Of a stretch of DNA of 64,000 nucleotides, positions 57,735 through 64,000 are shown piece after piece. Source of the DNA: Chloroflexota bacterium (GTDB lineage Bacteria; Chloroflexota; UBA11872); assembly GCA_022820025.1 (NCBI GenBank), contig JAJEGF010000081.1, forward strand, positions 48,608 through 112,607, given 5' to 3'. A program made the position numbers and the translations under genes. The notes under the pieces are model-generated. The model was not told the DNA's origin and ran no database searches. It saw nothing but the letters and a program-made list of their open reading frames with translations. The stretch's first letter is position 1, and each line of letters starts with the position of its first letter.

Positions 57735-59243
57735 ATGCCCTGGCTCAACAAGCTCTACTTTGGCGATTGCTTCACCATCACGCGCGAGCACCTACGCAAT
57801 GCCAGCGTGGACCTGATCTACCTGGACCCGCCGTTCAACTCGCAGCGCCAGTACAACTCGATCTACAAAGACGAAACCGGCCGGCCGCTCCCGGACCAGA
57901 CGGACGCCTTCTGCGATATGTGGGAACTGGACCCCGAGACTGAGCGCAGCATCCGCGCCGCGCCTATCCTGATGCGCGACCACGGGCTCGACGATGCAAC
58001 GGTCCAGCTTTGGCAACAGTGGATGCGCGCGCTGCGCCATACAAACCCGCGCCTGCTCGCGTACCTGGCCTATATGTCGCTGAGGCTCCTGGACTTTCAC
58101 CGCGTGCTCAAGCCGACCGGCTCGCTCTACTTGCACTGTGACCCGACCGCTAGCCACTACATCAAAGTGCTCTTGGACGCGATATTCGGCCACGCCAGCT
58201 TTAGGAACGAGATTGTCTGGTGCTACACCGGCCCATCGAATACGCGCCGCTGGTTCCCGCGCAAGCATGACGTTGTGCTCTTCTACGCTCGCACGCAACA
58301 GGCGTACTTCAATCGTGACGCGGTGCGAATCCCCTACAGCGACGAAACGCTCGCGCGCCGCGGCCGCATTGAAGGCAAGCGCAGCTATATCGCGCCTTCA
58401 GTCGAAACGCAGGAACGGCGAACAGACGTTCAGGTCGATAAGCGATTCGGGCAGGGCAAAGTACCGGAGGATTGGTGGTCTGACATCCCGATCCTGACGA
58501 ATCAGCGTGAGCGCCTGGGCTACGCGACACAGAAGCCGCTGGCGCTGCTGGACCGGATTATCGAAGCTTCCTGCCCGCCGGACGGCGTGGTCTTGGATCC
58601 GTTCTGCGGTTGCGCGACCACGCTGGAAGCCGCGCACAACCTGGGCCGCCGTTGGATCGGCATAGACATCGCCATCCACGCTATCCGGCGCGTGGCCAGC
58701 GTGCGGCTCAAAGACCGCTGCGGACTGGTTGAAGGGGAGGATTACACCATCCAGGGCGTGCCCAGCACGCTTGAAGGGGCGCAGCTCCTCCACGAACAAG
58801 ACCCGTACCAATTCCAGCGATGGGCGGTCGCCGAAGTCGAGGGCTTTGTCACGTCGAAGCAAACGGCGGACGGCGGGATTGACGGACGGCTCTACTTCGA
58901 CGTGCCTAGCGAGCCGGACTTGCAAAGCATGGTGCTGGAAGTGAAGGGCGGGGCGCACGTGCGGATTACGGACCTACGCGCACTGCGAGCGGTCCTAGAC
59001 GACGACCTGGCCCTGATGGCCGGACTCATCATCATGGAGCCGCGCAGTCCGCACCAAACGCGCAACTTCGAGCGGTACATGGCGCAGGCGGGCGTGCTGG
59101 AAGTGCTGGGGCGGGAATACCCGCGGATGCAAATGCTCACGGTGCCCGAGATCCTGGACGGGAAGCGGTTCGACACGCCAACGGTGGCGGGCGTGCATAT
59201 CCCACAGCCGGTCCTCCCAGGCATTCAACGCGCCGAAGCCTAG
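57735..59243 (+). CDS. DNA methyltransferase (N6-adenine/N4-cytosine class, DPPFN motif) fused to a C-terminal Mrr-cat/PD-(D/E)xK nuclease-like domain
   Basis: DLIYLDPPFNSQRQYN (motif IV). C-terminal DGGIDGRLY ... EVKGG resembling the Mrr catalytic core. Stop codon lies inside the right IR. Confidence 0.6.
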   Translation: MPWLNKLYFGDCFTITREHLRNASVDLIYLDPPFNSQRQYNSIYKDETGRPLPDQTDAFCDMWELDPETERSIRAAPILMRDHGLDDATVQLWQQWMRALRHTNPRLLAYLAYMSLRLLDFHRVLKPTGSLYLHCDPTASHYIKVLLDAIFGHASFRNEIVWCYTGPSNTRRWFPRKHDVVLFYARTQQAYFNRDAVRIPYSDETLARRGRIEGKRSYIAPSVETQERRTDVQVDKRFGQGKVPEDWWSDIPILTNQRERLGYATQKPLALLDRIIEASCPPDGVVLDPFCGCATTLEAAHNLGRRWIGIDIAIHAIRRVASVRLKDRCGLVEGEDYTIQGVPSTLEGAQLLHEQDPYQFQRWAVAEVEGFVTSKQTADGGIDGRLYFDVPSEPDLQSMVLEVKGGAHVRITDLRALRAVLDDDLALMAGLIIMEPRSPHQTRNFERYMAQAGVLEVLGREYPRMQMLTVPEILDGKRFDTPTVAGVHIPQPVLPGIQRAEA

Positions 59244-59380
59244 CACGCTAAGCCAGGAGTGACTAATTCCGTTTGGAAAAAACTCTTATCGCGCACGCGA
59301 GGCCCCAATTCCCCCCGCCTCAGCGCCTACACTCACACCCCAGGCAACGTCCCGATTCGCCGCCTGGAGGCCTCGGCCAC

Positions 59381-61636
59381 ATGAACCTCGTCGGCTACAC
59401 CGACCGCCTCACCGCCGCCCCCGGCGACACCGTCCGCTTCATGGTCAGCAGCCACTACCCGCGCTACCGCGCCGACCTCGTTCGCCTCATCCACGGCGAC
59501 GAGTCCCCCGCCGGCCCCGGCTTCAAGGAGCGCCACGTCCCCTCCCCCATCAACGCCCACTACCCCGGCCGCTCCAAGCCCATCCACAGCGGCTCCTACG
59601 TCCACATCCCCGCCCACCCCGCCCTCGACACCCTCACCAGCTTCACCCTCACCGCCTGGACCTACCCCACGACCCCCGCCAACGGCCTCCAGGGCCTCAT
59701 CACCCGCTGGACCGGCGACCAGGGCTTCGCCCTCGTCATCGGACCCGATGGCGACCTCTCCCTCCACCTCGCCGACGGCCGCAACCCACCCGTTCACGCC
59801 GCCACCGGCGCCCCCCTCACCGAGCGTGTCTGGACTTTCGTCGGCGCCAGCTACCACGCCCCCACCGGCCGCGTCACCCTAATCCAGCAACCCCTCCGCC
59901 GCTGGCCCATCGCCCCCGACCAAGCCCTCGTCACCCACGACACCCCCGCCGCCAACATCCAGCCAGCCGCGGACACCCCGCTCCTCTTCGCCGCCCTCAC
60001 CGCCGGCCCACCCCAACGCACCGGCCCCATCGCCGCCCCCTACAACGGCAAGCTCGACTCCCCCCACCTCCACGACCGCGCCCTCTCCCCCGTCGAATTG
60101 ACGGCTCTGGCCGACCCCACCACCGACGAACCTTCAGGTGACCCGCTGGCCGCCTGGGACTTCAGCCTCGACATCGGCAGCTACCGCGCCACCGACACCG
60201 GTCCCCACGGCCTCCACGGCCAGGCAGTCAACATGCCCACCCGCGGCGTCACCGGCCGCAACTTCACTGGCGCCGAAACCAACTTCAACCGCGCCCCCCA
60301 CGAATACGGCGCCATCCACTTCCACGACGACGACGTGGAGGACGTGGCCTGGGAGTCCGACTTCCAGCTCACCATCCCGCCCGACCTACCCAGCGGCGTC
60401 TACGCCGCCCGCCTGCGCGCCGGCGACGACGAGGACTACCTTCCCTTCTGCGTCCGCCCACCGCGCGGCACCGCCACCTCTCGCATCGCCGTCCTCATGC
60501 CCACCCTCACCTACGTCGTCTACGCCAACTTCCGCGACATCGACGGCGGCTTCTGGGACAAGGAACGCGTTCCCAACGCCGACCCCACCCTGCACGAACC
60601 CGAGTTCGCCTACATCCGCGCCAACGGACTCCCCGGCCTCTATGAGCGTCACTCCGACGGTTCCGGCACCACCCACGTCTCCCACTTGCGCCCCATCCTC
60701 AACATGCGGCCCAAGTTCCGCTACCGGGTCTGGGCCGCCCCCTCCCGTTTCCCTGCGGACCTCTACCTCATCGACTGGCTTGAAGCCACCGACCAACAGT
60801 TCGACGTCATCACCGACCACGATCTGCACGCCGAAGGCGCCAACCTGCTGGACCCCTACAACGTCATCCTCACCGGCTCCCACCCCGAGTACTGGACCTC
60901 CGAAATGCTGGCCGGCATGCGTACCTACCTCGGCCAGGGCGGGCGCCTGATGTATCTCGGCGGCAACGGCTTCTTCGGCGTCACCACCATCGACCCCGAG
61001 CGCCCCCACATCGCCGAGGTCCGCCGCTGGGGCACCAGCTGGCCCTTCGAGATGCCGCCCGCCGAACGCATCCACAGCACCACCGGCGAGCCCGGCGGCA
61101 CCTGGCGCAACCGCGGCGCCCCGCCAAACGGCCTCGTAGGCATCGGCTCCTGCGCGGCCGGCTTTGACCAGGGAGCACCCTATGCCCTTCAGCCCGACAG
61201 CTTCGCTCCCCGCGCCGCCTTCGTTTTCAAGGACATCGGCGACGACGAGCTCATCGGCGACTGCCCCTCCCTCGTCGTCCGCCACGGCGCCGCCGGCTAC
61301 GAGATGGATCGCCTCGACTTCAGCCTCGGCACCCCGCCCCACGCTCTGTTGCTGGCCTCATCCGTCGGCCATTCCGAGCGCTACGCGACGTTCGCCGACG
61401 AACGCCTTGAATTCACCCAGGGCAAGGACGGCATGGCGACCGACGCCCCGCCCCCGGCAGATGGCCCCCACGCCTTTGTCCGCGCCGACATGGTCTACTT
61501 CGAAACCCCAAACAACGGCGCTGTCTTCTCCGTCGGCTCCATCGCCTGGCGCGGCTGCCTCTCTCACAACAACTACGACAACACCGTCTCCCGCGTCACC
61601 GCCAACGTCCTCCGTCGCTTCGCCGCCGACCAATGA
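59381..61636 (+). CDS. N,N-dimethylformamidase large-subunit-like protein (DmfA2 family)
   Basis: N-terminus MNLVGYTDRLTAAPGDTVRFMVSS...LVRLIHGDESPAGPGFKE typical of the family. ATG at 59381, downstream of the IS right end. Confidence 0.5.
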   Translation: MNLVGYTDRLTAAPGDTVRFMVSSHYPRYRADLVRLIHGDESPAGPGFKERHVPSPINAHYPGRSKPIHSGSYVHIPAHPALDTLTSFTLTAWTYPTTPANGLQGLITRWTGDQGFALVIGPDGDLSLHLADGRNPPVHAATGAPLTERVWTFVGASYHAPTGRVTLIQQPLRRWPIAPDQALVTHDTPAANIQPAADTPLLFAALTAGPPQRTGPIAAPYNGKLDSPHLHDRALSPVELTALADPTTDEPSGDPLAAWDFSLDIGSYRATDTGPHGLHGQAVNMPTRGVTGRNFTGAETNFNRAPHEYGAIHFHDDDVEDVAWESDFQLTIPPDLPSGVYAARLRAGDDEDYLPFCVRPPRGTATSRIAVLMPTLTYVVYANFRDIDGGFWDKERVPNADPTLHEPEFAYIRANGLPGLYERHSDGSGTTHVSHLRPILNMRPKFRYRVWAAPSRFPADLYLIDWLEATDQQFDVITDHDLHAEGANLLDPYNVILTGSHPEYWTSEMLAGMRTYLGQGGRLMYLGGNGFFGVTTIDPERPHIAEVRRWGTSWPFEMPPAERIHSTTGEPGGTWRNRGAPPNGLVGIGSCAAGFDQGAPYALQPDSFAPRAAFVFKDIGDDELIGDCPSLVVRHGAAGYEMDRLDFSLGTPPHALLLASSVGHSERYATFADERLEFTQGKDGMATDAPPPADGPHAFVRADMVYFETPNNGAVFSVGSIAWRGCLSHNNYDNTVSRVTANVLRRFAADQ

Positions 61637-63222
61637 CCCGGTCAACCCCCTACAACGGCATCCAACACCCCGCCGAGTGGCCGCCCCGCACCATCGAACC
61701 CGGCGGCGATCCCCTGCCGGTTCCCTACCTCGCCAACCCGCCGTGCGTCATCCCCATCGACGTTGGCCGCCAGCTATTCGTCGACGACTTCCTGATTGAA
61801 CACACCACGCTCCGCCGCGTCTTTCACGCCGCCAAAGTCCACGAAGCCGCGCCGGTCCTATCCCCCGAGACCGACCTCGAACTCAACCGCGGCCACTGCC
61901 CGGTCGCGGCCCCGTTCAACGATGGCGCCTGGTACGACCCGGCCGACCAGACCTTCAAGCTCTGGTACCACGCCGGCTGGTTCGACGGCACCGCCCTGGC
62001 AACCAGCCGCGACGGTATCAATTGGGAACGCCCCTCGCTGGACGTGGTTCCCGGCACCAACGCCGTCATCGCGCACCCGCCCGACTGGCGACGCGACGGC
62101 GCGCTGGTCTGGCTCGACGCCGACGCCGAACTGGCCGAGCGCTTCAAGATGTTCATCTTCTGGCGCCATCCAGAGCGCCACGAAGGCCTCATCTACACCT
62201 CGCCCGACGGCATCCACTGGAACGAACGCGGCCCCACCTCCCAATGCGGCGACAACTCCAGCTTCTTCTATAACCCCTTCCGCCAGCGGTTCGTCTTCAG
62301 CATCCGCCAGAGTTGGAACCGCCGTGCGCGCTTGTATTTCGAACACCCGGACTTCTTGCAGGCCGCTCGCTGGAGCACCGACCAGCCGGTTCGTTGGGCG
62401 CGCGCCGACCGGTTGGACCGCCCCGATCCATTCCTGGGACTGCGTCCCCAGCTATACGACGTAACCGCCGTCGCCTACGAGAGCATCATGCTCGGCGCGT
62501 TCGCAATCTTCCACGGACCCGAGAACCCCGACGCCGCCAGCATCAGCCGCCCCAAGATCAACGACCTGCAACTCGCCTACAGCCGCGACGGCTTTCACTG
62601 GCACCGCCCGCACCGCCAGGCCTTCATCGGCGCCAGCCGCCGCTGGGGCGATTGGAACTACGGCTACATTCACGCCGGCGGCGGCCTCTGCCTGGTGGTT
62701 GGCGACGAACTCTGGTTCTACTTCGGCGCCTTCTCCGGCCACGGCTCCGTTCTCAAGCCCGGAGAGTTCGGCGGCGACTACGAGCAGGACAACGCCATGT
62801 ACGCCGGCGGCCACACCGGCCTGGCCACGCTCCGTCGCGATGGCTTCGCCTCCATGCACGCCGACGGCCACGGTGGCGTACTGGCCACCCGGCTGGTCAC
62901 CTTCAGCGGCTCGCATCTCTTCGTCAACCTGGACGCCCCGCAGGGCGAGCTTCGAGTGGAAATCCTCGACGAGCGCGGCGACGTCATTCACCCGTTCTCA
63001 CGCGCCAACTGCCGGCCGCTCACCTTCGACACCACGTGTACCCGTGTGAAGTGGAACGGCGTCGACGAACTGTCGTCGTTGGCCGGCCGCCCAGTGCAGT
63101 TCCGCTTCCGCCTGCGTGATGGCGACCTCTACGCCTTCTGGGTCAGCGCAACCAACTGCGCCGCCAGCAACGGCTACCTCGCCGCCGGCGGCCCCGGACT
63201 CTCCGGACCTGTCGATGTCTAG
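61633..63222 (+). CDS. Predicted beta-propeller glycoside-hydrolase-like protein, paralog of 32373..33734
   Basis: Shared blocks with 32373..33734 (IDVGRQLFVDDFLIE, KLWYHAG, SRDGINWERP). ATGA overlap with the DmfA2-like gene. Confidence 0.4.
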   Translation: MTRSTPYNGIQHPAEWPPRTIEPGGDPLPVPYLANPPCVIPIDVGRQLFVDDFLIEHTTLRRVFHAAKVHEAAPVLSPETDLELNRGHCPVAAPFNDGAWYDPADQTFKLWYHAGWFDGTALATSRDGINWERPSLDVVPGTNAVIAHPPDWRRDGALVWLDADAELAERFKMFIFWRHPERHEGLIYTSPDGIHWNERGPTSQCGDNSSFFYNPFRQRFVFSIRQSWNRRARLYFEHPDFLQAARWSTDQPVRWARADRLDRPDPFLGLRPQLYDVTAVAYESIMLGAFAIFHGPENPDAASISRPKINDLQLAYSRDGFHWHRPHRQAFIGASRRWGDWNYGYIHAGGGLCLVVGDELWFYFGAFSGHGSVLKPGEFGGDYEQDNAMYAGGHTGLATLRRDGFASMHADGHGGVLATRLVTFSGSHLFVNLDAPQGELRVEILDERGDVIHPFSRANCRPLTFDTTCTRVKWNGVDELSSLAGRPVQFRFRLRDGDLYAFWVSATNCAASNGYLAAGGPGLSGPVDV

Positions 63223-63336
63223 CCGGCCGCCGACCGACGGCGCGTCGCGTCGGTCCACCGCCTGCCTTAAGTTAAGCGTCGCCGCCCCGGTTGCCATCTA
63301 CGGTCGCCGGTCCGCCCGAGACGAAGGGATCGACTA

Positions 63337-64000
63337 GTGGCCCGAGAGTTCGACCGAACCGAGGAACGACACGCGGTTCCGATGCCGCCGCCGCTGGACT
63401 TTCCTGAGAACGGCAGCCCTGAAGCTGACGTGCTGGCGGAGGTCGAGGCGCGAATGTCGAAGGACCCCTACCCCGTCGAACGAAACTTCGGTGTCAGCTA
63501 CGTCGGCCCGCCCCACGACATAACGGAGAGCATTCGCCCCCTGACCGCCGGGTCCTTCTTTGTCGAGTGGGCACGCGACATGAACCCCGGCGCGGATCTC
63601 TTCGAGAAGGAAGCCGTGCGCATGCTCGGCTCCCTGCTTGGCCATCGCGACGCCGTCGGCTTCATCACCAGCGGCGGCACCGAGTCGAACCTTCTCGCAC
63701 TCCGCCTCGCACGCAACCTGGGATCCAAGTCCGAGCCCGAAGTCGTCCTGCCAACCACCGCCCACTACAGCTTTCGCCTTGGCGCCGAGCTCCTCGGCCT
63801 CCGCCTCCGCGAAGTCGACGTGGACGAGACCATGCGCCCCGACCTGCGACACGTCGAGCGGCTGCTGAACCGCAACACCGTGGCTCTGGTCTGTTCGGCG
63901 CCCGAGGGCAACTACGGCCAGCTTGATCCCGTCGAGGAGTTCGCCGACCTGGCCCAACGCAAAGGTCTGTACCTGCACGTGGACGCCGCCTTCGGCGGAT
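63337..64000 (+). CDS. Group II PLP-dependent decarboxylase (partial, runs off the window end)
   Basis: TSGGTESNLLA and HVDAAFGG blocks. Open frame from GTG 63337 to the window end. Absent from the ORF track only because it is truncated. Confidence 0.6.
   Translation, partial: MAREFDRTEERHAVPMPPPLDFPENGSPEADVLAEVEARMSKDPYPVERNFGVSYVGPPHDITESIRPLTAGSFFVEWARDMNPGADLFEKEAVRMLGSLLGHRDAVGFITSGGTESNLLALRLARNLGSKSEPEVVLPTTAHYSFRLGAELLGLRLREVDVDETMRPDLRHVERLLNRNTVALVCSAPEGNYGQLDPVEEFADLAQRKGLYLHVDAAFGG

Larger units (their letters stand above)
56738..59287 (+). mobile_element. IS1595-family-like element with 47-bp terminal inverted repeats, carrying a transposase and a cargo methyltransferase gene
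   Basis: Left IR AAGAGTTTTTTGGAAACGGAATTAGTCACTCCTGGCTTAGCGTGCTA at 56738-56784. Right IR at 59241-59287 is its reverse complement with 2 mismatches. No clear target-site duplication seen. Confidence 0.6.

Noticed and set aside
59333-61342. Several Gly/Ala/Val-rich minus-strand ORFs
   Set aside because: Antisense shadows of the DmfA2-like gene in high-GC sequence.
63225-63248. Hairpin GACCGACG-gcgcgtcg-CGTCGGTC after the GH-like gene
   Set aside because: Perfect 8-bp stem but no downstream T-run. Possible Rho-dependent region or terminator-like structure, not confidently callable.
1-64000. CRISPR arrays, rRNA genes, integrase/att sites
   Set aside because: No regularly spaced short direct repeats, no rRNA-like conserved stretches and no tyrosine/serine recombinase motifs were seen. 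The two tRNA-Ser genes are not followed by a recognisable integrase.

Overview
This is a high-GC (about 68-70%) bacterial chromosomal segment. The T-box leader, frequent GTG/TTG starts and gene content suggest a Chloroflexi or Actinobacteria-like host. Coding density is high, and many neighbouring genes overlap by 4 nt (ATGA/GTGA), consistent with translational coupling.

The first 0-19 kb holds housekeeping and sugar-modification genes. Two tandem DUF2723 (TMEM260-like) GT-C membrane proteins start the window. A sugar or sugar-acid catabolic cluster follows: an enolase-superfamily enzyme, two SDR epimerases, an FAD oxidoreductase, a cupin, a class II aldolase, an FGGY kinase, a 2-hydroxyacid dehydrogenase and a DUF72 protein. 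Next come selA, an apgM-type phosphoglycerate mutase and mnmA. A tandem pair of GT2 Dpm1-like glycosyltransferases lies beside a sugar-phosphate isomerase.

The 19.8-28.6 kb block is a complete T-box-controlled tryptophan operon, trpE-G-D-C-F-(lipoprotein)-B-A-(alpha/beta hydrolase). Two tandem tRNA-Ser genes follow. After them come a Fe3+-type ABC importer, a DegT aminotransferase, two paralogous beta-propeller GH-like proteins, and a roughly 4 kb cassette encoding a Gfo/Idh/MocA oxidoreductase, an ABC-2 exporter and a Rieske protein. This cassette is bracketed by two copies of a conserved intergenic element of about 150 nt.

The 3' third (46-59.3 kb) looks accessory. It carries a TolB/PD40 plus plant-type LRR fusion protein and a decayed VapBC/FitAB locus. 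A module pairing an XRE-HTH/degenerate ImmA-like/DUF2188 fusion protein with a PIN-domain protein follows; I regard this as the most novel candidate system. The region also holds a 2TM SLATT-like membrane protein, a VapBC pair, an orphan RHH antitoxin with operator repeats, and a three-domain cell-wall lysin (GH plus M23 plus SLT). An IS1595-like element with 47-bp terminal inverted repeats carries a DNA methyltransferase-Mrr-nuclease fusion as cargo. No CRISPR array and no rRNA genes were seen.
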